This document shows positions 1 through 10,232 of a DNA stretch of 64,000 bases, in pieces. Each line of letters starts with the position of its first letter. The first letter of the stretch is position 1. Origin of the DNA: Alphaproteobacteria bacterium (GTDB lineage Bacteria; Pseudomonadota; Alphaproteobacteria; JAAXGF01). The position numbers and the translations under genes were made by a program. The notes below the pieces were generated by a model. That model was not told the DNA's origin. It saw only the letters and a program-made list of their open reading frames with translations, and searched no databases. Location of the stretch: NCBI GenBank assembly GCA_963555825.3, contig CAUVXB020000002.1, forward strand, positions 512,001 to 576,000, in the 5' to 3' direction.

Positions 1-606
1 ATCGACGACAAGTTGCCGAAGGAGCTCAACGACATGTCGGCGACGCTCACCAAGGTCAAGGCGGTCAAGCCCGACGTGCTGGTCGTCTCGGGCCATTCGA
101 AGGGCGCCGCGACGGTGATCCGCCAGGTCTCGGAGATGAAGGTCGACGTGCCGATGCTGGCCATCACGCACTGCGAGGCGGCCGACGTCATCGGCAAGTT
201 CGGCGCCGCCGCCGACTACACGCTGTGCGCGACGCAATGGGCCGAGACGATGAGCTACGCCGACCGCTGGTTCGGCTCGGCGAGCGACTACGCGAAGCTG
301 TACGAGTCGGAATACGGCTATGTGCCGCCCTACCAGGCGGCCGAATCGACCGCCGCGGTGCTGGTCTACGCCGACGCCCTGCAACGCGCCAACTCATTCG
401 ACACCGAGAAGGTGCGCGACGCGCTTGCGGCAACGATGTTGAATACTTTCTACGGCAACGTCATGTTCGACGGCACCGGCAAGAACATCGCCAAGCCGAT
501 GGCGCTGCGCCAGATCCAGGACGGCAAGTTGCACGTGGTGGCGCCGGCCGCCTGGGCCGCGGCCGACCTGATCCATCCGCGGCCGATGTGGAGCGAGCGG
601 GAATAG
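1..606 (+). CDS. Branched-chain amino acid ABC transporter substrate-binding protein (5' truncated by window)
   Basis: LivJ/K-like C-terminal motifs (KAVKPDV, RDALAAT..TFYGNVMFD); first gene of liv-type operon. Confidence 0.85.
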   Translation: MDDKLPKELNDMSATLTKVKAVKPDVLVVSGHSKGAATVIRQVSEMKVDVPMLAITHCEAADVIGKFGAAADYTLCATQWAETMSYADRWFGSASDYAKLYESEYGYVPPYQAAESTAAVLVYADALQRANSFDTEKVRDALAATMLNTFYGNVMFDGTGKNIAKPMALRQIQDGKLHVVAPAAWAAADLIHPRPMWSERE

Positions 607-674
607 CCAAGCGACGCGTTTGGGAATAGCGCCCGTCCCCTGCGCACGGCGGGGACGGGCGCAATCCCTCGGCC

Positions 675-1574
675 ATGGGTAACCTCGACATTCTGATCGC
701 GGCGCCGATATTCTCGGTGCAATTGCTTATCGACGGCCTTCTGATCGGCGCGATCTTCGCGATGGCCGCCTATGGCCTGGCGCTGGTCTGGGGCGTCATG
801 AACGTCATCAACATCGCCCAGGGCGACTTCGTCATCCTGGGCGGCTACGTGACGCTTCAGGTCTCGCTCGCCGGCATCCACCCGATGTTCGGCATACCGA
901 TTTCCGCGGTCGTCGTCGGCGGCGTCGGTTGGGTGATCTATCGCATCGTCATCTGCCGGGTCGTCGACAAGGACCTGTTCATCTCGATCCTGGCCACCTT
1001 CGGTATCTCGATCCTGCTGCAGCAGCTGATCGACCAGATCTGGGGCGCCGATATCCAGTCGGTCGAATCGGGCCTCGGCACGCAGTTCCTGTTCGACAAC
1101 ATGGTGACGGTCTCGGAGATCAAGTTCGTCGCCTTCGTCATCGTCATGGCGCTTGGCGCCGGCCTGGTCGCGTTCCTCAAGCGATCACGGCTCGGCCAGG
1201 CGATCCGCGCGACGGCGCAGAACGCGCGCGCCGCGCGCATCATGGGCATCGATACCGACAGGGTCTACGCCGCGACCTTCGCGCTGAATGCGGCGATCTG
1301 CGGCGCGGCCGGCGCGCTGGTCGTCATGACCTGGGTGATCCAGCCCTTCATCGGCCTGATTTACACGATCCGCTCGTTCATGATCGTCGTCGTCGCCGGG
1401 CTCGGCAATCTGGCGGGCGTCATCGCCGCCGGCATGGGCCTCGGCGTCGCCGAGCAGTTCGCCAGCTTCCTGCTCGGCGCCGAGTTTCAGATCGGCTTCG
1501 TCTTCGGCCTGCTGGTCGTCATCTTGGTCACCCGGAGCCTGTTGCTCGCGCGCAAGCGAAAGTACCTGAAGTGA
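675..1574 (+). CDS. livH: Branched-chain amino acid ABC transporter permease (LivH-like)
   Basis: GLALVWGVMNVINIAQG and LGQAIRATAQN motifs, hydrophobic. Confidence 0.85.
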   Translation: MGNLDILIAAPIFSVQLLIDGLLIGAIFAMAAYGLALVWGVMNVINIAQGDFVILGGYVTLQVSLAGIHPMFGIPISAVVVGGVGWVIYRIVICRVVDKDLFISILATFGISILLQQLIDQIWGADIQSVESGLGTQFLFDNMVTVSEIKFVAFVIVMALGAGLVAFLKRSRLGQAIRATAQNARAARIMGIDTDRVYAATFALNAAICGAAGALVVMTWVIQPFIGLIYTIRSFMIVVVAGLGNLAGVIAAGMGLGVAEQFASFLLGAEFQIGFVFGLLVVILVTRSLLLARKRKYLK

Positions 1575-2617
1575 GCGGCGTGGCGCGCAACGTCGTCTTG
1601 TACGGCGGCCTCGCGCTGGTCTCGCTGGCGGCGCCCTCGATTTTCCCGGCGTACCAGACCCAGCTCGCCTTCCTCTGGCTCATGGTGCTGTTCGCGCTGA
1701 GCTGGGACATCGTCGGCGGCCAGATGGGCTACAATTCGTTTGGCAACATCGTCTATTTCGGCATCGGTATGTACGCCACGGTCGTCGTGCAGCGCGACCT
1801 CTACTACACCGTCGAGGAGTACGCCGAGCTCGAGGGCAGCATCGAACTCATGCTGACGCCGGCCCAGTATCTCACGGGTCTCGGCCTGGGCATGGCTCTC
1901 GGCGCGGTCATCGCCATCGCCACGGCGGTGATATTGGGCACCGGCATCCTGTCGCTGCGCGGCCATTACTTCGCCATCTGCACGCTGGGATTGGGCGTCG
2001 CCGCCGGCGAGCTGGCCAGCGGCTGGGACTATATCGGCGCCGGCTCGGGCATGGTGGCGCCGTTTTTCCCCGACGACCTCGGCGAGCGCTCGCAGTTCTT
2101 CTATTACATCTTCTTCGCGCTCTCGGCGCTCGCCTTCGTCACGCTCCGCTGGCTCTACTCGGGCCGTTTCGGCCTCGCCATAAACGCGATCCGCGACGAC
2201 GAGGACAAGGCCGAGGCGATGGGTCTGCGCACGACGCGGTACAAGACGCTCGCCTGGTGCATCGCCGCGTTCTTCCTGGCCATCGCGGGTGGCGGCGCGG
2301 GCAACCTGATCGGCTTCATCGACCCGACCGACGTCGCCTTCGCGGGCGCCACCTTCGGCGTCTGGATGGTGCTGATGGCAGTGCTCGGCGGCAAGGGCAC
2401 GCTGTGGGGCCCGGTCATCGGCGCGGTCATCTTCCACGTCACGCAGGAGTTGTTCTGGACCTATCTGTTCGGCTGGCAGCGCGTCGCGCTGGGCGTGCTG
2501 ATCGTCGTCATCGTCGTCTTCTTCCCCGAGGGCATCATGGGCTATCTGCGCCGCATTCGGCCCGACTGGTTCGGCGAGACCGTCGCCGAGGCCGACGATG
2601 CCGGGGTCGGCCGATGA
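1571..2617 (+). CDS. livM: Branched-chain amino acid ABC transporter permease (LivM-like)
   Basis: GTG start overlaps livH stop; LRGHYFAICTL, GLAINAIRDDE, LGGKGTLWGP motifs. Confidence 0.85.
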   Translation: MSGVARNVVLYGGLALVSLAAPSIFPAYQTQLAFLWLMVLFALSWDIVGGQMGYNSFGNIVYFGIGMYATVVVQRDLYYTVEEYAELEGSIELMLTPAQYLTGLGLGMALGAVIAIATAVILGTGILSLRGHYFAICTLGLGVAAGELASGWDYIGAGSGMVAPFFPDDLGERSQFFYYIFFALSALAFVTLRWLYSGRFGLAINAIRDDEDKAEAMGLRTTRYKTLAWCIAAFFLAIAGGGAGNLIGFIDPTDVAFAGATFGVWMVLMAVLGGKGTLWGPVIGAVIFHVTQELFWTYLFGWQRVALGVLIVVIVVFFPEGIMGYLRRIRPDWFGETVAEADDAGVGR

Positions 2618-3357
2618 ATGCGATCCTCGAGGTCTCGAACGCGTCGAAGGCGTTCGGCGGCGTGATCGCCAACCACGACATCAGCCTGAGCGTCCCCGAG
2701 GGGCGCATCATCGGCCTGATCGGCCCCAACGGCTCGGGCAAGACGACGCTGTTCAACTCGATCGTCGGCTATCACCCGATCGACGCCGGCGGGATCCGCT
2801 TCGAGGGGCGCGAGATCTCGAACCTGCGCGTCCCCCAAATCGCCCGCCTCGGGCTGTTGCGCACCTTCCAGCAGACCCGCGTCTACGCCAAGATGACCTG
2901 CCTGCAGAACATGGAAATCAGCGTCGGCCAAAGCCACGAGGGTTTCGCCGACATGATCGCGCGGCCGAAACCCGAGGTCGTCGGGAAGGCCGAGGCACTG
3001 CTCGAGTTCGTCGGTCTGTTCACCAAGCGCCGGCTGCGCGCCGGCGATCTCTCGTTCGGCCAGCAGAAGCTGCTGGAATTCGCCATGGCGCTGATGAATG
3101 GGCCAAAGCTTCTGCTGCTCGACGAGCCGACCGCGGGCATCAACCCGACGCTGATCAACGGCCTGATCGACCGCTTGAAGCGCGCCAACGCCGACCTCGG
3201 CATCACGCTGTTCGTCATCGAGCACAACATGCGCGTGATCATGAACCTGGCCGAGCACATTTACTGCCTGGCGCACGGCGAGCTTCTGGCCGACGGATCG
3301 CCAGAGGCGATCCGCGACGACCAGCGCGTCATCGACGCCTATCTCGGGGCGCATTGA
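2614..3357 (+). CDS. livG: ABC transporter ATP-binding protein (LivG-like)
   Basis: GPNGSGKTT Walker A, LSFGQQK, LLLDEP, C-terminal VIDAYLG. Confidence 0.9.
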   Translation: MNAILEVSNASKAFGGVIANHDISLSVPEGRIIGLIGPNGSGKTTLFNSIVGYHPIDAGGIRFEGREISNLRVPQIARLGLLRTFQQTRVYAKMTCLQNMEISVGQSHEGFADMIARPKPEVVGKAEALLEFVGLFTKRRLRAGDLSFGQQKLLEFAMALMNGPKLLLLDEPTAGINPTLINGLIDRLKRANADLGITLFVIEHNMRVIMNLAEHIYCLAHGELLADGSPEAIRDDQRVIDAYLGAH

Positions 3358-4211
3358 TGGCCGAGGACAAGCGCATCGCGGGCTACGGCTTCGGCGAGGT
3401 CGACTCGGTCATCTCGGTCGATGACGTGGCGCGCGAGGCGCGCAGCCTGGCCGACCAAGGTCCCAGCACCCAGCGCCTCGCCGAGCTCGCCAAGGACGAC
3501 CCGCTGTTGGCCATTGACCGGCTCGTCGCGGGCTACGGCAAGATGGAGATCCTGCACGGTTTCGGCCTCCAGATCGCGCGCGGCCAATCGCTCTGCCTGA
3601 TCGGCCCCAACGGCGCCGGCAAGTCGACCGTGCTGCACTCGATCTACGGCTTCACCAACATCGTCGGCGGCACTATCACGCTCGATAGCGTCGACATAAC
3701 CCGGCTCAACCCGAACCAGAAGCTGCGCGCGGGCATCGCCTACATCCTGCAGGACAATTCGGTGTTCCCCGACATGACGGTCGAGGAGAACCTGTGGATG
3801 GGCGGCTATCTGATGGACAGCACCGACCAAGCCAAGGAGGCCGCCGAGCGCGTGCTGGGCAAGTATCCCCGGCTCGCCGAGCGGCGCCGCCAGCGCGCCG
3901 GCGTCCTGTCGGGCGGCGAGCGGCGCTTGCTGGAGATCTCGCGCGCGCTGATCATGGAGCCCGAGGTGCTGCTCGTCGACGAGCCGTCGATCGGGCTCGA
4001 GCCGCGCTTCATCGACATGGTGTTCGAGATCCTCGACGACCTGCAGCACAACGCCGGCAAGACGATCGTCATGGTCGAGCAGAACGCCAAGAAGGGCCTC
4101 GAGTTCGCCGATATCGGCTACGTCTTGGTCGACGGCTCTCTGGCGCTGGCCGGCGCGGGCGACGAACTCCTGGAAAACGAGGAAGTCGGCCGCCTGTTCC
4201 TCGGCGGCTGA
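3357..4211 (+). CDS. livF: ABC transporter ATP-binding protein (LivF-like) with N-terminal extension
   Basis: GPNGAGKST, LSGGE, LVDEPSIGL, VEQN; TGATG coupling to livG. Confidence 0.88.
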   Translation: MAEDKRIAGYGFGEVDSVISVDDVAREARSLADQGPSTQRLAELAKDDPLLAIDRLVAGYGKMEILHGFGLQIARGQSLCLIGPNGAGKSTVLHSIYGFTNIVGGTITLDSVDITRLNPNQKLRAGIAYILQDNSVFPDMTVEENLWMGGYLMDSTDQAKEAAERVLGKYPRLAERRRQRAGVLSGGERRLLEISRALIMEPEVLLVDEPSIGLEPRFIDMVFEILDDLQHNAGKTIVMVEQNAKKGLEFADIGYVLVDGSLALAGAGDELLENEEVGRLFLGG

Positions 4212-4810
4212 GCAGCCCTACTCGCCGCGCGGCGCCGGGAATGCCGCTCCCGCCACCCTACGACACGCCCGGTTGTGAGCGACCGCGCTATTTCATATAC
4301 GCCTGCTGCAGCATGTCGGCTGCCTCGGCATAGGCGAGCGCGGAGCCAGCCTTGGCCACCGAGCGACCGTGGTCATATGCGCCCTGCGGCTTCTCGTGAT
4401 TGTGCCTTGCCCCGGTCAGCAAATGCTTGGCGTCGTCGACAAGGGCGTGGACCAGCGCATGCTTTTCCTTCGACATCTGGTCCTTCATGCTCTTCATGTC
4501 GCCCGAGACCTTGTCGATCATCGCCTGCGCGGCGTCGAACCGATTGGGACAGTCGAATGCCTGGGCGGCCGTCGGCAGCTGGAGCATCAGCACTCCCGCC
4601 GTCGCGGCGAGAAACCATTTGTCAATGGCGGAGCAAAAAGGGACCACCTCGGCGGTGTAAGAAGGGACCGCTTGGCGGCTGCGGGCTTGTCCCCGTAGTC
4701 CACGGGAGGGCCCCGCGCGCGACGCGGCGTGCCCTCAACAGGCTGACGCGGCGGCGCGCGCGGGAGGGACCTGTGGGCCCACGGGGTCAAGCGTGGGCTG
4801 GGTGGTCGGT

Positions 4811-5575
4811 TCAGTTAGCAGTCGGGGTTTGACGCCTGCGGCTCTGGTTGAGCCTGTAGCTGTCACCGTTCATCTCGAGGATGTTGACGTGGTGGGTGAG
4901 GCGATCGAGGAGCGCGCCGGTGAGGCGCTCGGAGCCGAACACCTCGGTCCATTCGTCGAAGGGCAGATTGGTGGTGACCAGGGTCGAGCCCCGCTCGTAG
5001 CGTTGGCTGAACACCTCGAACAACAGCTCGGCGCCGGTCTTCGACAGCGGCACGAAGCCGAGTTCGTCGACGATCAGAAGCTTGTAGGTGGCGAGCTTCT
5101 TCTGGAACCTCAGCAGCTGCTTGTCATCGCGGGCCTCGATGAGTTCGTGGACCAGCGCGGCGGCGGTGATGAAGCCGACCGAGAGGCCCTTCTGGCAGGC
5201 CGCCAGGCCGAGACCGAGGGCGATGTGGGTCTTGCCGGTCCCACTGTTGCCGAGCGCGATGAGGTTCTCGCGGCGCTCGATGTACTCGCAGCGGGCCAGC
5301 TCCAGGACCAGCGCCTTGTTGAGCGAGGGGATGACCTTGAAGTCGAAGCTGTCGAGGCTCTTGACCACGGGGAAGCGCGCCGCCTTGATGCGCCGCTCGA
5401 CCATGCGGCGCTCGCGGTCGATCAGCTCGAGCTCGGCGAGTCTCAACAGGTAGCGGACGTGATCGACGCCTTCCGAGGCGCACTGCCGGGCGATCTTGTC
5501 GTACTCGCGCAGGAAGGTCGGCAGCTTCAGCGTCTTGAGGTGGTGGGCGAGCAGCACTTGCGGTGTGTCGGTCAT
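4811..5575 (-). CDS. istB: IS21 helper ATPase IstB
   Basis: GNSGTGKTH Walker A, IVDELG, LDRLTHH. Confidence 0.95.
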   Translation of the reverse strand: MTDTPQVLLAHHLKTLKLPTFLREYDKIARQCASEGVDHVRYLLRLAELELIDRERRMVERRIKAARFPVVKSLDSFDFKVIPSLNKALVLELARCEYIERRENLIALGNSGTGKTHIALGLGLAACQKGLSVGFITAAALVHELIEARDDKQLLRFQKKLATYKLLIVDELGFVPLSKTGAELLFEVFSQRYERGSTLVTTNLPFDEWTEVFGSERLTGALLDRLTHHVNILEMNGDSYRLNQSRRRQTPTAN

Positions 5576-6299
5576 GCGCCGAGCCCCGACAGCAGGCTCA
5601 TGTACGACTTGGCGGACGTCATCGCGACCCGGGCGCGCGGCAGATACGGATAGACGTCGAGGTTGAGCCTGGGCGGCCGCCGCTCGATGCGGCACAGTAC
5701 CAGGTGCTTCACCGCATCAAAGCCGATTGCGCCGAGCCGCAGGGCGTCGCCGACCGCACCCTCGACCTCCTCGAGCCGGAAGGTCTCCAGTAGACGGAGC
5801 ACCTGGACGTACTCGCGCTTGCCTGCCTTGCCCATACGAGCTTCGAGGAGCCGCCGCAGAGTGATGAAGGCCTCGGGCAGGTCCCAGCCCGCCAATGGCG
5901 CGGCCTGGTCGAGGGCGCCGATCTTCTGCTCGATCAAGGGCAGGTAATGCAGCGGGTCGAAGATCAGGTCCTCGCTGTCGTAGGACCGGCGGTGCCGGGC
6001 GATCACCTCGGCCCCGCAGCTGATCACCACCTCATCGACGTAGCCCCGGATGAGCACCTCACGGTGGCCGTAGGCCACGGGCACGGAATAGTCGTTGCTG
6101 CGGTAACGCACCAGCGACAGCGAACTCGCCCGTCCAGGGCGCTTATCGCAGGCATCATAGGGAGCAGGCGGCAATGGCAAGAGAACTTGACGATCCCGCT
6201 CGAGACGCTCGCCGATGGTCTCCTTATATGAGGCGTTTGCTGTCAAGGTGGATTTAATCTACGCCACATGATCGTCTCTTCCATTGGTTATGGCTTTGT

Positions 6300-6540
6300 A
6301 TCCAGGGCGGGTCTTGCGATGAGTTCCGTGTTTCGTGCGAGTGATCGCATCACCTTATATCCGGCAGCTCCGATCCGGCTTGCCACAATGCTGTATACAT
6401 GGACCATCACAGGACGGGGATGGGACTAATCTTGTGGACGGCACCTTCGCCAAGGAGACATGCAGTCACACATCCAACCTGCCAACAAGCGTTCCCATCG
6501 GGGAATGAAGCCCGTTAGAACGCTGAGCTGATCCGCAGTC
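6300..6540 (-). ncRNA. Putative bridge/seek RNA of IS110 element A (boundaries approximate)
   Basis: Contains segments matching both strands of the target (6431-6437, 6451-6459) and of the donor junction (6354-6360, 6388-6394). Confidence 0.8.
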
Positions 6541-7674
6541 CTATTTGACGACAGCACCCACCGGGATCAGCCCGGTTTCCAGATACCGCCAAAGCGCGAT
6601 CGCCAGTTTGCGGGCCAGGGCGACGATCATGACGCGCCTGATGCGCCCCTTCTGACCTTGGGTGCGGTCATGGAACCACTGGGTCAGAGCGCTATCGGGT
6701 TGATGGCGGACCCAAAGCCATGCGGCTTCGATCATGGCAACCCGTGCCAGCCGATTGCCCGCCTTGGAGATGCCTTGGCTGCGGCGCCCGTCGCCGCTGT
6801 CATAGGCACTGGGCGTGATCCCGATATAGCTTGCCACCTGTCGGCGATTGGCGAACTGGCGATAATAGACTTCCCGTGCGAGCGTCGTGGATAAGGCCGG
6901 GCCGAGGCCCTTTAAGCGCAGCAGCTGGTGACGCTTGCTTTCCGTGGCCACACACGGTGTCGGCGCTTGATCACGCTCACGCTCGACCTCGACGATCTGC
7001 GCTTGGACCTGGGCCAGTCTCGCGATCTCCCGCGCGATCTCGCGGCCGAGACGGTCCGGCAGGGGTCGGCCGTCTCCGGTGACCAGCGCCGCCGGTGTCA
7101 AGGTCTTGTAGCGCGCCTTGACATTGATGCCGCGAATGCCCTGACCGAATAGCAGACCCTTGATCCGGTTGATGTGGGCGGTTCGCTCGCGGACCAATCG
7201 GTCACGTTCCCGATGAGAGCGGCGAAGGTCCTCCTCCGCGACGCTCGGAATCACCACCATGGAGCAGACATGACGCTCGCCGCGGCACCAGGCGATCAGC
7301 GTATGAAGAATATTCTCGACATCGATGCGGTCGGTCTTCACCCGCCGCGCCCGGCGGTTGACCCGCAAGCTGGCCGGCTCCATGACCAGACACTCGATGC
7401 CGCGCTGCTCGAGGAACCGCGCCAACCAGAAGCCGTCGTAGCCGGCCTCGTAGCACAGCGTTATCGTCGGCGTTCGACCCGTCACCTTGACCACCCGGTC
7501 CCGCGCCGCGTCCAGCTTGGCCATCAGTCCTTCAGCGTCGCCGCCCTTGATCGGATGCAAGCTCGGATTGCCCCGCCCCGGAGCCTGGATCGCCAAAAGC
7601 CAGCTGTTCTTGCTCAACTCCAGTGCCGCATAAATAGCGTGTTCATTGGAGGTCGATACCGGAAACTGTGCCAT
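6541..7674 (-). CDS. IS110-family DEDD recombinase/transposase
   Basis: ALELSK, CYEAG, KTDRID, SG..ISKAGN, VALARKL motifs. Confidence 0.95.
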   Translation of the reverse strand: MAQFPVSTSNEHAIYAALELSKNSWLLAIQAPGRGNPSLHPIKGGDAEGLMAKLDAARDRVVKVTGRTPTITLCYEAGYDGFWLARFLEQRGIECLVMEPASLRVNRRARRVKTDRIDVENILHTLIAWCRGERHVCSMVVIPSVAEEDLRRSHRERDRLVRERTAHINRIKGLLFGQGIRGINVKARYKTLTPAALVTGDGRPLPDRLGREIAREIARLAQVQAQIVEVERERDQAPTPCVATESKRHQLLRLKGLGPALSTTLAREVYYRQFANRRQVASYIGITPSAYDSGDGRRSQGISKAGNRLARVAMIEAAWLWVRHQPDSALTQWFHDRTQGQKGRIRRVMIVALARKLAIALWRYLETGLIPVGAVVK

Positions 7675-8852
7675 CGTGTCGCTCCTTCTGATCGAGGTTG
7701 AAATAATCGAAGGAGCTTGAGGCTGCGTCCTTCAGCCTCATAGCATCTTGTGGCCCCGCAGCCGCGCCGCCTGGCGCCGGCGGCACTGTTCGGCGAGAGC
7801 ATCGTTGAGGGCCGCGAAGCTCTCGGCACGCGGGACGGGGACCAGGAAGTTCCGCCGGATGAAGCCGACCAGTCCCTCGACCTTGCCCTTGTCGTTGCCC
7901 TTGCCCGGCCGGCCGAACCTGTCCTCGAACAGATAGTGGGACTGAAGCTCCGTGAAGACGCGCGTTCGCTGCCGCTTCCCATCGCCCAGGATCCGGGCAA
8001 CCGCCAGCTTGGTGTTGTCGTACAGGATGGATCGGGGGACGCCGCCGAAGAAGGCAAACGCCGCGTTGTGGCCATCGCAGAATGCTTCGGTCGTCTCCGC
8101 CGGATAGGCCGCAACAAAGCAACCATCACTGTGGGGAAGGTCGAAGGCAAGGAAGTGGATCTTCCGTAACGCGCCGCCGATCACCGCCATCGCTTCGCCG
8201 AAGTCCGCCTGGGCGTGACCGGGGGAATGGGAGAGTGGCACGAACACCTCACGCGACCGAAGCCCCTGCTCACGAACGTAGTCCTTCACGATGGTGTAGC
8301 CGCCCGTGAAACCGTACTCGTCCCGGAGGCGGTCGAAGATGCGCTTCGCAGTGTGCCGTTGCTTGCGGTGGCTGGTCCGATCGTCTTCCAAGATCCGATC
8401 GATGATTCCCGTGAACGGACCCAGCTTTGGCCGCCTCGGCGGCGCGCTTCGGCGATACCCTGGCGGCACCGAGAACGACAGCATCTTACGGACCGTCTTG
8501 CGGTCTACACCAAACACCCGCGAGGCCTCGCGGGTGCTCATCCCCTCGACATGACACGCCCGCCGAACCCGTGCGTACAACTCCACCCGATACATCCCCC
8601 CCGCCTTCCAGTCAGAGCAACCCTGACAGAAGGCTATACGCGGTCCCATTTTGGTCCGCCGCAGCCGGATCGACCGGCCGCTTCAGTGGGGGATTATTGC
8701 TCTGCCGTTCTCAACCATTTCATCTTGTTCATCGAGTCCTCCTTGACCCTTGTGTTCGAAATCGAATGACCATTGCTCGGTACCCCCACCCCGTGCGCGA
8801 ATGACCGCATAGAACCTATAGCCGTTGGCTGGATTGGACAAGTGGGCGCGGC

Positions 8853-9596
8853 CTACCTGCCATGCGGGCAGACCACGACGACGGTGACGTTGTCGTTGCC
8901 GCCGGCGGCCAGTGCGGCGTCGATCAGCGCCTCGCCGGCGAAACGCGGATCGGGCAGCGCCCCGCGCATCAGCCGCGCGATCTCGTCGTCGCCGACCATG
9001 CCGGTCAGCCCGTCGCTGCACAACAGGAAGGCGTCGGCGCCGGCCGCGTCGACCGGCAAGACGTCGACCTCGAGCGCGGCGTCGAGGCCAACCGCGCGGG
9101 TCAGCCGGTGCCAGGCGAAGGAATGCTCCGCCTCGGCGAGTGTCATGACGCCGGTTCGCACCATCTCCATGCCGAGCGTGTGGTCCTCGCTGACTTGAAC
9201 CAGGTCCTCGCCGGCGAGCCGGTAGAGGCGGCTATCGCCGACATGGGCGGCATGGCCATGGGCGTCGTCTCCCAGCCAAAGCAGCGTCAGTGTCGTGCCC
9301 ATGCCGTGCAACGAAGGGTCGCTCTCGGCGCGATAGCGGATGCGGTCGTTGGCGTGCCGCACCGCCTCTTCGAGCAGCGCGGGCGCCGCGTCGGGCAGCC
9401 CGCCGCGGCCGTCATGGAGCGTCGCCAGCACGGCGTCGTGCGCCAGCGCGCTGGCCACGTCGCCGCCATGATGCCCGCCCAGGCCGTCGGCCACGAGGTA
9501 GACGCCGAGCGCGTCGTCGACGGCGTGGGCGTCCTCGTTGCGCGCGCGGACCAGCCCGATGTCGGTATTGCCGGCCCCTGCCCAATACGCCGCCAT
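8853..9596 (-). CDS. PP2C-family Ser/Thr protein phosphatase
   Basis: R..NEDA, VADGLGGH, GMGTT, HVGDSR, LCSDGL, GGNDNVT. Confidence 0.93.
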   Translation of the reverse strand: MAAYWAGAGNTDIGLVRARNEDAHAVDDALGVYLVADGLGGHHGGDVASALAHDAVLATLHDGRGGLPDAAPALLEEAVRHANDRIRYRAESDPSLHGMGTTLTLLWLGDDAHGHAAHVGDSRLYRLAGEDLVQVSEDHTLGMEMVRTGVMTLAEAEHSFAWHRLTRAVGLDAALEVDVLPVDAAGADAFLLCSDGLTGMVGDDEIARLMRGALPDPRFAGEALIDAALAAGGNDNVTVVVVCPHGR

Positions 9597-9600
9597 GGCC

Positions 9601-10032
9601 TCAGGCGCCGATCAGATGCAGCGCGAGGCGGCGCGTGTGGGGCGCCGTGCGGTGCTCGTAGAGATAGACCGCCTGCCAGGTGCCGAGCGCGAGCCGCCCC
9701 TCGGCGACCGGGATCGAGAGCTGGGTCTGGGTCAGCGCGGCGCGGATATGCGCCGGCATGTCGTCGGGCCCCTCGCTCGTGTGGCGGTAGCGGCCCGGCG
9801 CCTCGGGCACCAGCGTGGCGAAGAAGCTCTCGAGGTCGCGCAGCACGTCCGCATCGGCGTTTTCCTGGATGACCAGCGACGCCGAGGTATGGCGCAGGAA
9901 CAGCGTCAGCAAGCCCTCGCGCACCGCCTGGCCGGCGACCCAGGCGGCGACGTCGCCGGTCACGTCGTAAAGGCCGCGGCCGCGCGTCGCGACCGAAAGC
10001 TGGTGGCTCGCCTGCTGCACGCGTTGCCTCAT
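9601..10032 (-). CDS. yjbQ: YjbQ-family secondary thiamine-phosphate synthase (UPF0047)
   Basis: HTSASL.IQENAD, LGTWQ.VYL.EH. Confidence 0.9.
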   Translation of the reverse strand: MRQRVQQASHQLSVATRGRGLYDVTGDVAAWVAGQAVREGLLTLFLRHTSASLVIQENADADVLRDLESFFATLVPEAPGRYRHTSEGPDDMPAHIRAALTQTQLSIPVAEGRLALGTWQAVYLYEHRTAPHTRRLALHLIGA

Positions 10033-10232
10033 CGAATTGACCGCGTCCTCACGCTACACCCAAGGACCGGCACGGCCAAGCTGCGGGGCGCCCGGGTCGT
10101 GTCTCGGTTTGAAATTCAGTCGAAGCATCGCCCGATACGTCGGCTTTTCAGCAGATCATATCTGCGTTGCGCGTGACAGCAGACCTTGGCGCGCGGTCTT
10201 CGGCACAGCCATTTTTGACCCGAAGGAGGCAT

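Larger units (their letters stand above)
6226..7749 (-). mobile_element. IS110-family (IS1111-type) element A
   Basis: Sub-terminal IRs ATGAGGC/GCCTCAT; CTT core at both junctions (6223-6225, 7747-7749); long 3' non-coding end. Confidence 0.92.
5572..8595 (-). pseudogene. istA: IS21 transposase IstA split into 7750-8595 and 5572-6225 by IS110 insertion
   Basis: Both halves match intact istA at 56363-57862. Confidence 0.93.
4620..8713 (-). mobile_element. IS21-family element copy 1, istA interrupted by IS110
   Basis: TG...CA ends matching copy at 56245-58814; 6-bp TSD ACCATT (4614-4619 / 8714-8719). Confidence 0.95.
4288..8732 (-). pseudogene. Small secreted helical protein gene split by IS21 (start MNKMKW at 8714-8732; body 4288-4619)
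   Basis: Removing IS21 and one ACCATT copy restores MNKMKWFLAATAGV... with a GGAGG RBS; signal peptide ends AQA. Confidence 0.8.
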
